NCBI GenBank assembly: GCA_017654855.1
Contig: CM030334.1
Coordinates: forward strand, 124,001-188,000
DNA from: Podospora anserina
Lineage: Eukaryota
DNA length: 64,000 nucleotides
Reading direction: 5' to 3'
In this document: positions 37,164 through 49,073 of the stretch, piece after piece
How positions within the stretch are numbered: the stretch's first letter is position 1
Layout: each line of letters starts with the position of its first letter
Notes under the pieces: model-generated
What the model was told of the DNA's origin: nothing
Databases searched by the model: none
The model's input: only the letters and a program-made list of their open reading frames with translations
Program-made: the position numbers and the translations under genes

Positions 37164-39035
37164 ATTGAAGGGACTGAAAGCGAAAGCTTAAAGATCTTGC
37201 AAGGTGTGGAATGAAGAGCGAAGTGGTGACGGTGAGATGAGAAGTGAGGATGAGGATGAGGATGAGGAATTCAGAATCTCAAACTTGGGATGATCAACAG
37301 TCTTTTATAGATGATTTTCTCTGCATCACTTTCTCCTTCTGACCATTCCCAAGTCCTGCAGAGCTGGTGATGCTCTAGTCTGAGAACGAGGACCAAAGCA
37401 GACAGCGGACCTCGTCTCCGAGCCTTGCCCGTGTCGCCATTCCCATTCTGGCCGTCGACGAGACTGAATTCCACTCCCTCATCGGCCTTCCTCGCGGCCG
37501 AGTATCACGTCACAATCAATTCTGCGACCCCAGCTTGCTAGTCTCGTGATGCCGTGATATCGACCAGACTCACCATGGTGGACTTTGTAGCTCAGAATAG
37601 TGTCATGGTCAAAATAAGGTTGATTAAAAGGGAAGATCCATGTGAGTCCGGGGCCGTCAAGTCCCACTGCTGGCACAGCAATCTACCCCAGAATAGCTTA
37701 CAGTCTCGCTTCCCGGTTTCCATGTGCCCAGAGTCGACTGTGTTGTTATTTTTGTCGACTTTTTCATCAAAATTAATATCTGCTCACGTCTTGGTGGATT
37801 GGCTAACCAGGTGGCTGGACAGTGTCGGACTGTCAGTGTCTGTCAGGATCCGCTTGCGCCGTCATGCTGGTCGACGAGGTACGAAGCAACCTGATATTGT
37901 TACGGTGCTGTTGTGCCTGGTGCCTCGCAGGACGCCCCCGATGTATCATGTCTGCCCGTTCGGCGACCTTACAACGGCCTCGCAAGATGCAACGCTCTTG
38001 ACCTTGACTATTGGTGTTGGACGACACATGGACGCTCTGGGATCCAGCAAGGCTCGCACTTTGGTAGTCGGTCCGCATACACGGATGTCCCCATCCGACT
38101 GGTTCAGGAAGGTCGACCAGAGACACTAGACTGCGGTTTGAAATTGCCTAGGCCGAATCAGACTTGTTCTTGGAGAAGCCCCCGGCATCGTGATGCTGGG
38201 CCCGGACGTTGAATCGCCAAGGGTCTTGGCCAGATGCCGTGTGTTGGTTCAAGGGTCATGTAAGGGAACTCGCGATGTCACTGTCACGACATTCTCGTCA
38301 CCACATTGGCTGGCCCTATCCGGTACCGAGAGAGCCACAATATCGGCCTCGGAAGACCACCCACCATCGGAGAATTGGGAATCTAGATGAAAAGGTTAAA
38401 CTTTGTATGGAGAAACAGGTCTCCAAGCCGCCTATGCTGCCCCCTTTTTTCGGTTTTGTTTTTCGACCACGTTGAGGCAATCGCAGAGCCGCTCAGACCC
38501 GGGAAAACCGCGGGTTGATGCCAGCCCAGTGAAAATAAATCAACTGCATGTGAAGCGGGCGAAGGGTTGGTGGTTCGTGGGTGTCATCGCTACCTGTTCT
38601 GCAGGGTTCAGTGTCGATGTTTTCATCTGCGGATAAAGTCGAACATGCTCTTGGCGCCTGATTTTGGTTGTTTCTCCCCGCAAAGTTCGTGCCTTGTACA
38701 TTCGCCTAGGTGCTATTTCCAACACAGAAGGTGATTCGGGACAGGTCACGGTGCCATTTGCCGTCTAATTCTGTCTGCAGGTCGCACCCAACCTGGGTCT
38801 GGCGTTTGCCCATGCGAACGTCAGGTGTTGTTCTTGGTTGAGAGAGCCTCAAGTTTTGTTTCCTCAGATATACCAAGCTCGTTCAAGCAACCTTTGACAA
38901 GCCGACATACCCGGAAGTTTGTCTGTAGGACTTCAGCATCCGAGGAGGAGAGTAAGTAGCCCTCTTTTTTGTCTGCTCGCTTTGATAGCCGAGAGGCGGC
39001 CGACCTGCCAGAACCGTATACACATACTGATGGGA

Positions 39036-40115
39036 CTACGACGAGGACAGCAGGTACTCCGCAATTTCTGCAAACTCCCTGCCATGTTGCAGCTTCTCTC
39101 GCCAGCGCAGTGGTATCGCCTCGGCCCCGTCCCGGGCCCCCAGGAGACCTCCCGCAATGGCGCCGTTGGTATCCGTATCCCGTCCTACTCTCACAACATC
39201 GACGAGAATGTCTTCCAACGACCTCGGGTCAAACATGGCGGCCACAGCAAGCTTGAGGGACTCGAGCACATAGCCCGAGGCTCCCCGCGGGAGCTCCTCT
39301 CGAAAGTTCCTTGCGCTCCTCGGTCCGTGGAGTGCGAAATCATCCAGCTTCACCCTATGTCGGCCCCCCTCCATCGCCCTCTGCACCTTTCCCACCGCAC
39401 TCTCAACCCGCCCCCCTCCTCTCCCCTCCCTCTTCTCCTTGTCCCCAACACCCTTCAACACCTCCATGCCGGCCTGCCACGCCTCTTCCGCATTCTTCCC
39501 TTCAACCAGAGCCCCCACCAAAGCATTATACACCACACAGCTAACAACACAGCAACTGTCATCATGCGTAACCGCCGAAATCCCCATACTCTCCTCCACC
39601 ATCCTCCCCTCATCCCGTTGAAACAAGGCAGTAGGTACACACCTCATCAGACTCCCATTCCCTGCCCTCCCCTCCCCCGCCCCCGACTTGCTCGCATCCC
39701 CATACGCCTTGAACGCCATGATCCCCTGCGCCGTGGCCCCCCCAACATCCCTCGGCTTCCTCCCCTTCACCCTCCCCGGCCAATCCCTACCCTCAAACCA
39801 ATCAACAAAATACCACGCCGCCCTTTCCACCACCCCCTCCCCTCCCTGCCCTTTTTTGTCGTTCCTCGCCTCATCATAATAAGCCAGCAGCACCGCCCTC
39901 GTAAGGTCAGTATCGTCCGTCGCATCCCCCGCCTTCCACCCAAAGTGCCCCCCGCCGATGATGTCTCTCAGAGGGGAGGGGAACTTTTGTTGGATCTCCT
40001 CCCAGGACATGAACTCTAGCGTCGCGCCCAGGCTGTCACCTGCGTGGACGCCCAGCAGCGCTCCCAGCACGCGGGAGGGGTCTCTTTTGTCTTCTTTTTC
40101 TGGTGCGGTTGACAT
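39036..40115 (-). CDS. ADP-ribosylglycohydrolase (DraG/ARH family), intronless
   Basis: GALLGVHAGDSLGA; GDATDDT; AGNGSLMR; SAVTH; GRDTDTNGAIAGGLLGA...IPLRW. Confidence 0.92.
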   Translation of the reverse strand: MSTAPEKEDKRDPSRVLGALLGVHAGDSLGATLEFMSWEEIQQKFPSPLRDIIGGGHFGWKAGDATDDTDLTRAVLLAYYDEARNDKKGQGGEGVVERAAWYFVDWFEGRDWPGRVKGRKPRDVGGATAQGIMAFKAYGDASKSGAGEGRAGNGSLMRCVPTALFQRDEGRMVEESMGISAVTHDDSCCVVSCVVYNALVGALVEGKNAEEAWQAGMEVLKGVGDKEKREGRGGGRVESAVGKVQRAMEGGRHRVKLDDFALHGPRSARNFREELPRGASGYVLESLKLAVAAMFDPRSLEDILVDVVRVGRDTDTNGAIAGGLLGARDGAEAIPLRWREKLQHGREFAEIAEYLLSSS

Positions 40116-40488
40116 GATGTTGAGAGTGGATAAACTCGGAGATAAACTGTTTGCGGTGGTGATCGACAATGACGGAGATAGTGATGATAAGATAGCTAGG
40201 TAGGCTCTCGGTGGTGATGATTGCTGCGGAAGGTGCAGTTCCGTTGATTGGAAAAGGGAAGATAAAAAATCAGGGGACCAAACGGTGAAGCGGGGTATAT
40301 GTCTACCTCTCTTGGCTGGCTTGCGTAGGTGGTTGCCTCGCATCAACGCCTCAGGCATCGCCCCCCCCCACACACCGAGCTCGCGCAAAGTATACCGTTG
40401 AAGGCTTTTTAGTTCAAATCCATCATTACGTTGTCATCATTTTCATTAAAAAAAAAAAAAGAAGAGCTTTTGGCTATGCAATATCGGT

Positions 40489-42895
40489 TCAGTTGAGCAC
40501 GCCCTCTCCCCCCTCTTCAACCTCGCTCAACTTGAGTGCCTCGGACACATCATTCACAAAGTGGTCCTCTCCCCCTGCCAGGTCCATAATCCCGCTACGA
40601 ATCAGTGTCCTGCCCACCTTGGAATCCCGCGATGGCACCCGGCTGAAGAAGATTCTGACGCCCCTCTGGCGGTAGTCTCTGACAATCTCCTCCAAGACCT
40701 GCGCACCGCTCCCATCCAGGCCCGTGACGCCGTGAATGTCAAAGATGATATTTCTGTTGGAGTCTTCCCTGCGCAGTCTGGGCAGGGCAGGATGCGCCAT
40801 GCTAGTCCCGTACAGCTCCAGCCGCCTCAGTCTTGTCTTGAGCTCACCCGTGTTGGCAAAAGTTAAAGGTTCTGGGATCTTGACGATCAGGCATCCCTCA
40901 ATAAACTCCAATCTGTCCGGATTGGCCTCGGCGTTCTCGAACCGGTTGGTGCCCGGAATGCGACCGAGGATCTGGATGCGTGGGCGCGTGGCATGCCGGA
41001 TGACTTGCAGGAGTGACAAGAAGACGCCAATGGCCATGCCGAACGTCAGGCTAAAGAATATGGTGGTCAGGAGGATGGTGAGCATGAGGCCCAGCTCGTT
41101 CCACGCGTGGATCTTGAGAAAGAAGGAGATGTCGTGAGGGCATTCCTCGATCAGTGACCACGCAACGACCGAGATCAGGGATGAAAGTACTGGTTTCTGC
41201 AAAACACTCATCAGCATCTGATCACACGAGAATTTCCATCAAAGCACAAACCGGGAGATAGTAGAGATAGGGCAAGCAAAAGGTAATGCAGAGCAGTGTC
41301 AGGCCGCTCAGAATGATGGACGACATGGGTGTTCTCCCACCGGTCGACCTGTTCACCTTGCTCCTGCCATAGCCGCCAAACCCAGGCAGGCTCATGAAGC
41401 ACCCGCCAACGATATTGGCGACGCCCAACGCAACGAGCTCCCGATTGGGACTGAGCTGGATCTCCGCGAACGACGCTCCGCCCAGACTCTTTGCGGCAAC
41501 AGACGACTCGAAGAAACCCAGCAGAGCAATCAGGAAGGCGGTGCTGGTGGCTTCGCGGATATACACCATGTTGGACCACTTGAACGGCCAGCGGAAAGTG
41601 AACGAGTGCCCACTTGCTGCCTCGACCTTGCCCAGGACAGCAACACCGGCCTTGTCCCATTCAAAATAGTACGTCAAAAAGGCCGACAGAACCACCACCA
41701 GGAACCGATCTGGAATGTAGGCCACCCCCGGATATCGGGGCTGCAGTCTCCTTTTGATCTCCCGACAGACCATGATGACAACAAAGCTCGTAGCAGCCAC
41801 AGTGAACGTCAGCGTGTGCGCCTTGTCCAAGTTCCCGAGGATAAACCACAGTTTGTCAACACTGCTCGCGTGTCCAACACGCGCCTCCTCCGCCAGCTTC
41901 TGCAACCCCAGCTCGGGAATCAGCTGGTCAACCGCAATCACGGCACCAATGGCACTGATAAAGCCCCGAAGGAACGGCCTCGATAGCACACTATCCAAAA
42001 ATCCGAGCCTCGCCACGCCGGCAATCAGCACCATCGCCCCCGCCAGCCCGGCCACAATGCCACAAATCCTCGCATGCAAAATCGCATCATTGTCCCCTCC
42101 CTCCCCCTTATCCACGCTCCCCTTGATCACCGTCCCCACAAGCAGCGACCCCGCGGCCTCGGGCCCGATAACCATCGCCGGACAGCTCCCCAAAAGCGCG
42201 TATATGAACGGGTTGAAAACAAACGAATACAACCCATTGATGGGCGGGACATGGGCCAGATTGTCCGCCAGCGACAGCGCCATGGGGACGTACATGCCCG
42301 CCACCGTCAGCGCGGCCACAAAGTCGCCCTTGAAGTAGCTCCAGCTGTACTCCCTGGCCCAGACCAGCACAGGCATGTAATACGACATGTACATGAGCGC
42401 ATTGTCCCGGATGCCGTGCCGCTCAGCAAGATCCCTACTCGTGCTCATCTTTTTGCTGCGCATCCTCGCCGCCCATGTTTTTGGCCTGCGCTGCCGTGGT
42501 GCATTGTTTTGCCCCTCTGCCGGGGCGGAAGCACCACCCGTTGCCGGCTCGGCTTCGCTTTCGGATTGAGCTGCGCTGTCGCCGTCTCTGGCACTGCCAC
42601 TGCCACCGAGGAACGACCGGGGGCTTGTCGGGCGAGGGGAGAAGGTGCCGTGGTCGCAGGGGCCGTCGTGGACATGTTCGTGTTCCCTGAAGTCGAGGGC
42701 CGAGTCGAGGAGGGAGGTCGCTTCGGTGGGGTTTGGGCGGCTCGGGCCGGCCGAGTGTCTCCGGTCAAAGTAGCCGGTACCGGGCTGGTCGGGGGAGGAG
42801 GACAAGCCCGAGTCGATGGATCCGTACGATCCGGCTGTGATGCTCTGGCGCAGGCCGCTCGGGTTCGTCGGCGCGTGAGGATTGCCCGCCGCCAT
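40489..42895 (-). CDS. SulP/SLC26 anion (sulfate) transporter with C-terminal STAS domain; intron 41197-41251
   Basis: GDFVAALTVA...VPMALS; PPINGLYS; GPEAAGSL; NRELVALG; STAS region KIPEPLTFAN...IIFD...LDGSG. Confidence 0.92.
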
Positions 42896-43327
42896 GTTCG
42901 TCCGTCTAACAGAGCAGAGGGGTGAACAGACAGGGAGGGTTTCGTGAGTGTTATTGGGCCATCAATTATGATGTTGGAAGAGTGGAGGAGCGGTCAGGTC
43001 AGGGCTGGCTGGACAGGGAAACTGTCCCCGCGGAGTCTAGGCCAAACGTAATAGCGTCTCAAAAAAATGCAACGGGAGGCTTTGCGAATTGAGAGGCGAG
43101 GCAGGCCACAGGGAAGCTTGGGGCGCGCGTGTGAGGTTACTCTACGGAGTATCCCGTATGCGTTTATCCAGTGCTGGGAGCTGGGTGACCCCGCAGTGTC
43201 GGTGGGTTTCAGGTCTGCGCAGCCAATCAAGGAAAAAGGGTTGCCAACTGCCAAGGCCCCGTTTGCTCGCAAGCTTGATTACCTTGTTACATAACTCACG
43301 ATGTATCATCCCATTAATCCGGTACTA

Positions 43328-45430
43328 TCATACAATAAACACACTCAGCCGACTGCCCATCAGCTCGCTCTTGGGAAGCTGCACATCCTTCTTGTCAAAG
43401 TCATGTAACAGCAGCCAGCAGATCATCCTAAACACCAGCGCAAACCAGATGGTGTTCCTCCTGATCTCCGTATTCGTCAGTCCGTGCTTCCTCCATGTTT
43501 CCGCCCTGCTCGGGGTGGGCGGTAGCCTGCCATTGCTGAACGTCCCTGTGGCCCTCCTCGAGTTTATCCCGAGTGTCGGCGGCCTGGGTGAGGAGTGTGT
43601 CGTCGTGTTTCCGGTGCCATCCTCACTCATGGTCCCCATTGTCTGCGCCGTTGTAGTCTGCTGCAGCCCCACCAAACCAAGCCCGTCGTACCCGGGCTCG
43701 GAGTAGTGAATATCCTTGGAGGCTTGGGCAGCCTCCTGGTCATAATGCTGGTTTGTGTCGTCAAGGCTGACGGCCCTGATGCGGATATCGTCAAAGTAGT
43801 GCTTGATCAAAGCCGCCTCGCGCTTCTCGTGTGGTGTCTTGAGTAGATCGTCAAAGGACACATCGCCTGTTGCGCCTTCGTCGGTTGGCATCGGTGGGAA
43901 CTGGGGGGGTTGCGCCGGTGTGCCCGGTGCTGATGCTGACATTGGGAGGTGAGTTGGTCTCCCGGTAGGCGGCGGGGCGGCAGCTGTTGGGCTGTATTCC
44001 GCCCAGTCGATGTCTCGTTGAGAGGTGTTGATTGCCAGCAGAACCTCCTGGACATGACGGCGGAGGACGTCGAGCACGACATCTTTGGACGTCTTGTTCA
44101 GGATGCTGTCACCGACCTCGTCAATGGCCTCGTGCAGATCATTGAGGCACTTGGGCGAGTATTCTCCGTCACGTTTGGGAAGCTCTTCTTCCAGGTCGCT
44201 GGCCAGTCTGTCAATGTTGGCGAGTTCGGTTGGGGGTGTGTATTTTGGCCCCTGGTCTGTGTTGATCTCAAAGTTCAGCCTCTTGCGGAACTCGCTCAGC
44301 AGGCGCCGGGGCGAAAAGGCCTGCTTGTTCAGAGCGAATGCCACGGGGTTGGGCAGATAAGTGAATGGCCGATCCTTGATGTGAAATGGCCTTGCCAGCA
44401 TGGCCAAGACTTCAAAGACAGCAGGAAACAAATGCACATGCTTCTTTGTTTCGTCCGAGTAGCACTGCGTCGTGTACTCGTTGCACCGGATCAGGTTGAG
44501 CGTCTCGGCAATCTCGGTACGGCTCCCCAGCTGCAGCGTCTTGAGATCTTTCTGCTCGTTGATGGGCGCTTTCCAATTCCTGTCGTCCTTCTTGTCCCGA
44601 TAAAAGGTCGGGACGTTCCCAAAACTGAGCTCTTTGACCTCAGACGTCGGTATCACCCTGTTCTTCTCGAACCTCGGCCAGCCGGGCTTCTCGAACGTGA
44701 ACACCAGACCAAAGTCATGGACCCTGTTCCCGAGCACACTATACCCGTTCCCCTCGGCGCGGTACTTGTTGTTGTCACGGTCAAACTCCTTCCAGTATAT
44801 CCCAAGCACAGCGCAGAGCTCGATGATATGACAAATCGCCGTCGTCGCGTAAGGCCTCTTCACAGCAGGATGCTTGTCAAAACTCCTCCTCATCGGCTGA
44901 ATAGCCACCGCCAGCGACACCGGCCCCTCATACGGAAGAGTGACAGGGCTTCGCGTGCCGCTCTCCGTCGCAAACTTCCTCCACTCGTTCGCCTCCCACT
45001 GCTTCGAGTCCCGCTCCATCATCTGCGCCGCCTCGATGGCCAAGATCCACGTCGCCAGCTCGTTCTTGTGCGTGTGGACCCGCTCCCTCAGATCGTTGGT
45101 CGGCAGCTCAACTCTGGTCTTTTCACAGCTCTCGCGCGTGCCGTCCACGTACCAAATCTCCTTCTCGTCGATGGGACCCCTCGTGTTGTCGCTGGCGGCC
45201 ATGAAGATGATGGGCGCCTCGTACTGCACCTCGCCCCGGAACCACCTGAAGCTGATCTTGGCGTGTTCTGCCCATTTTCCCAGGACCTCTCTGTCGCGAA
45301 TCGAGAGACCGTTGATCCTCCCAATGACGGCTTGGACATACTGCAATACTACGCCAAGCAAGGCGAAAAGTGAGATGACCAGGGCGGCAATGGCCACCTT
45401 TTCCTCCACGGTGAGATCGTTGTCGCTCAT
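43328..45430 (-). CDS. mod-A: Modin / MOD-A-like protein (N-terminal hydrophobic helix, Pro-rich region)
   Basis: Intronless 700-aa ORF. N-terminus VAIAALVISLFALLG..LQY..VLGKWA...FRGEVQYEAPIIF; KRPYATTAICHIIELCAVLGIYWKEFDR; Pro-rich PPPTGRP...PPQFPPMP; IWFALVFRMICWLLLHDFD. Recalled similarity to the Podospora modin family; orthology not verified. Confidence 0.65.
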   Translation of the reverse strand: MSDNDLTVEEKVAIAALVISLFALLGVVLQYVQAVIGRINGLSIRDREVLGKWAEHAKISFRWFRGEVQYEAPIIFMAASDNTRGPIDEKEIWYVDGTRESCEKTRVELPTNDLRERVHTHKNELATWILAIEAAQMMERDSKQWEANEWRKFATESGTRSPVTLPYEGPVSLAVAIQPMRRSFDKHPAVKRPYATTAICHIIELCAVLGIYWKEFDRDNNKYRAEGNGYSVLGNRVHDFGLVFTFEKPGWPRFEKNRVIPTSEVKELSFGNVPTFYRDKKDDRNWKAPINEQKDLKTLQLGSRTEIAETLNLIRCNEYTTQCYSDETKKHVHLFPAVFEVLAMLARPFHIKDRPFTYLPNPVAFALNKQAFSPRRLLSEFRKRLNFEINTDQGPKYTPPTELANIDRLASDLEEELPKRDGEYSPKCLNDLHEAIDEVGDSILNKTSKDVVLDVLRRHVQEVLLAINTSQRDIDWAEYSPTAAAPPPTGRPTHLPMSASAPGTPAQPPQFPPMPTDEGATGDVSFDDLLKTPHEKREAALIKHYFDDIRIRAVSLDDTNQHYDQEAAQASKDIHYSEPGYDGLGLVGLQQTTTAQTMGTMSEDGTGNTTTHSSPRPPTLGINSRRATGTFSNGRLPPTPSRAETWRKHGLTNTEIRRNTIWFALVFRMICWLLLHDFDKKDVQLPKSELMGSRLSVFIV

Positions 45431-45889
45431 CTCTGGCGCTTCATGGATGGGTGAGTGAAGCAGACCATTTTGACGAGGCTGGGAGCAGGAGGTGATGAGG
45501 GGCGAGTGCGCGTAACCCGGCGGCTGAGCACTCTTGTCCCAACTTCCATGCAGCCACTCGCCTCTCTCACTCGATTGGGATTCGCGTCAAAATTTGGGCA
45601 AATGCTTGGTTGTACCTTGAATATTCTGACGGGTCTGCGCCGCTGCACTGCATCGTCGATGGTAAACAATCACGAAAAAGCCAGCAGATGTCTCTAATAT
45701 TACGGGGTGTTATATCTATGGGTATACCGTACTAAACAGAACAGAACAGAAACCCAAACCCAGCTCACCAAACGCCGAGCTTTCCCTTATTCCATGTCCG
45801 TCACAACATCGCTCGTCGTGACCGCCATTAGTAAAACAATGCAAAAGTCCAAAAGGAACATACTACATACAAGGCAACACGAGAACGCA

Positions 45890-48523
45890 TCAACCAAACG
45901 CCTTGCTCATCTCCTCGCCCTCGACAGGCGTCACCGAAAGCTCAATGAGCTCTCGAGCCAGCTCAGCCGTCGCCGGGTCGATGCCGGCCTCCAAAACCAG
46001 CTCCTCTTCAGCAAAGCAAAGCCTGGCGAGCATAAGTAGGTATCGCTGGGACCCTCCGTGGGAGGCTGACAGCTTAGCTCCCATTTGAACCACATCTGCT
46101 GTGCGTGGGTGTGTGACCAGCGTGTGGAGCAACAGGATTGCCCGTGCGATGAATCGGGGCAACAAGGATGCAAGCTTCTCTTCCTCACCGTCTTGACCGT
46201 CGGGATCATCCGCTTCGGCCTCGTTCGTAAAGCTGTGTATGCCACCTCTCGCCGCCGGATTCTGAACTATTGCTGGCAACCCGCCATCCAAGTCATACAG
46301 TCGGTCAATAGCCCAGCACAACACTGTGACAAGACGCGGGATGACAACTTCGCTCCTGGCCGCCTGCACCATGCCATACGGACTAGAGGTAAAAATCACC
46401 AGCGTCCGCAAAGTCGCGGTCCTCACCTCTAATTCCTTGACGGAACCTTTGGGCGCCCACCTCGGCGACTCATTTAGAAACAACGACACAGCCTTGATCG
46501 TCTCCTTGGACACCTGGTCCAAATCCTTTGCTTTGGAGCGGGCGGTGGATGTCGCCGACACTGGGCTTGGGATGGGCCCTATGCTGTCGGGCAAAACCGA
46601 CGTCCACAGCAACGACAGCATCCCATACCAGTCTCGTTCAGGGTGTTTGACCGACAGCATGCGCAGAACAAACTCGGGCTCGACCGTGCGCCAGAACTGA
46701 ACGAGGGGTGAGTGCTTCGTTGTCTCTGCGGTCTCCTCGGCCCCAGCCTGGCCACGCGCCGGTGCGGCGCATCCCAGTGCAGCAAGATATAGCAGGGCGA
46801 GACACTGGGTAACGTCAATATCAAGACTCAACTGTCGGATTGCAGGGTCGGCGTGGCTGGACAAATCCCCATCAGGGCTGTGGTGCCGCTGGAGGGCAAT
46901 GAGCTGACAGGTCGTTGTACACACTGGGACCAGAGAAGATGTGATGCGGGGCGCTACCACCACAGCATTCAAATCAAGCGTGTAAAGCACCAACGATGCT
47001 AAATAGTAAATCGGTGCGTGGTAGCGCTCAGATAGACAGCGCTGCCACAAGTCAATCACGAGCTCGGCAAAGTCGGCCAGCAACAGAAGCGGCTCTTTGG
47101 GGCTGCCCAACCGAGACAGCTTCTGGAAGATAACGGTGGAGAACGTCTGACTGGGATCTGATGGGAATGTAAACCTGGAGAAGAGATCGAACGTCGGGGG
47201 CTGGTCACGGAGTGCACTGTGATCCAGGACCAGCCTTAAGAACTAGAAAGGAATCATGTGTCAGTAGATATTGCAGCAGATGGAAGGCGACCTGGATCAA
47301 CTTACGTCATACGGAAGAGCGTTGGCAGTCGATATAATGATCGTGGGGGTTATTACTTCACGAGTCGCCCCACGATCTGGTCCAAGTGCGTTCTCATCCA
47401 CCTCGAGGCCATGTTTCGGGCTAGCAAAGACGTGCCCGCGCTTCCTCTTCCCACCCTTGGAAGGCGTACGCTCGCCAGCAGGTGGGATGGTGGGAATTGC
47501 ATCCCTCCTCCGAGAGCCTTTGGTAGGGCTTGATACGACTTCCACATCGTTGAATCCGTCGGCCTGCCCCCAAAACTTGTGGTTCTTTTTCGGTGTGGAT
47601 GCGCCGTCCTTCTTTTTGCTCTTTCCTCGTCCTAAGCCCTCTCTAAGATCCTGCTGGGCAAACTGAAGCTCAGTGGTAACATTGCGAGTTGTTGCCCGGA
47701 AGTCGTTCAGTTCCCGCTCATGTTTTGCCAATGTCTCCTCGTGTAATTTCCTCAAACGTGCAACCTCGGAATCACGGTCGTTCTGTATCTTGTCGTACTT
47801 TGATCGGATGATGAGGGCCTCCCCTCTGGCGGTTGCAAGCTCCGACTGGGCGGCAGCGAGCTGGGACTGGAGCTGGGCAATAATGTCACCTTGCGGCCCT
47901 GGCCGAGCCGACTGGCCTGCGTGGGACGGCTGTACCGAGTAGGGGCTTGGGACGGGAGGAACAGGCGGTCGGGCAAATTGGGATTGAGTCGGCGCATGTT
48001 GTGGGCGCGGTGGCGGGAGCGGACGGGCAGGCGGGACAGGTCGCAGAGAGGGCGGTGCGTGGTAAGGGATTGGGCGAGAGGATGGCACTTGAGGATATTT
48101 GGGAGGCGGGGGATAGACTGGCCGGGCTGTAGGAAGTGGTATATGCTGATTCCACCGTTGGGTGTTGGCGAGATTGGCATTCAGTCGGGCCTGCTGGACG
48201 GGAAGCGACTTGGTGGCCCACGAATTGGTCTGCTTGGGTCCGCCAGGCTGGGATTGCTGGGCAATCTCCTCAAAGACAACGGTGTCGTCGAGGTCGTCAT
48301 CTTCGTCGAGACCGTAACTGTCCTGCTGAACATGCTGCTGCTGCAACTGCGGCTGTGGTTGCGGTTGGTGGTGCTGGTGCTGGTGTGTAAGAGGTGGTGG
48401 ACGTTGTGAAACCTGGGCCTGGGCCTGGACCTGTGTCAGTTGGATGGCATTCTCCTCGAGCTTCTGGAGGTCGCTTTCGTCGATCTGGTCCAGGAAGTCT
48501 TCGTCGGAAAAGTCATCATCCAT
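45890..48523 (-). CDS. rad26: DNA damage checkpoint protein Rad26/UvsD/ATRIP-like; intron 47243-47305
   Basis: Acidic N-terminus MDDDFSDEDFLDQIDESDLQKLEENAIQLTQ; coiled coil with GEALIIRSK...TTELQFAQQDL; DGFNDVE; basic KGGKRKR; helical C-terminus HGGSQRYLLMLARL. Confidence 0.82.
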
Positions 48524-48640
48524 GGCCGTCGGTTGTTCGGTTCAAGGTTGCGATTGTGCATACCCGTGCCATGCCTCTCAGCCCCGCGCTTAGGTCGAGT
48601 CGGATGTTTCTACGGTTGAGGTCGACGTCACTTGCGCCAG

Positions 48641-48688
48641 ACGCGCTTATTAGAGTTGGACTTGACCTCTGTCAGTCGAGGAACGCGT
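48641..48688. promoter_or_regulatory. MCB-like elements in the rad26/CDS1 divergent promoter
   Basis: ACGCGT at 48683-48688 and ACGCGC at 48641-48646. Confidence 0.45.
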
Positions 48689-49073
48689 TGGAGTGATTAC
48701 CTAATCACCTAACCGTTGGGAGACCCCCCACTGTGCCGGCCAAGACGGACTTGACGTAGCACCCCAGTTCCCGGGCAGACCTCGAAATTTCCACTCAAGC
48801 AGGACAAACACCAAACCAACAAACCCACTTCAGTCCACCGACGCTGCTCCCGTATGTTGTCGCAAAGCGCCCCTTGTCTTACTGCCTGTGCTAACATCGT
48901 CGTCGCGCTCCCCCGCAAAGAGCTCCTCGCTTCCCTCCCATCTGAGCTGAGGCCACTGTCCTCCTTTGCGCCGTCCTGCCAAATACCGATTCGTCCGATT
49001 CCGAACCCCTCGGGGACCTGACGTTGCCTGTCGTTCGGGGCCAAACGCATAGACACCCCATACCTCACCCATC

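Noticed and set aside
38941..38958. Second YLLSSS-encoding stretch downstream of the ARH stop
   Set aside because: Not in frame with the ARH stop, so read-through or TAG editing would not reach it; probably chance
38919..40019. 366-aa Pro/His-rich plus-strand ORF
   Set aside because: Mirror of the G-rich ARH coding strand
43949..45373. 474-aa plus-strand ORF
   Set aside because: Antisense shadow of the modin-like CDS, expected from codon bias; no motifs
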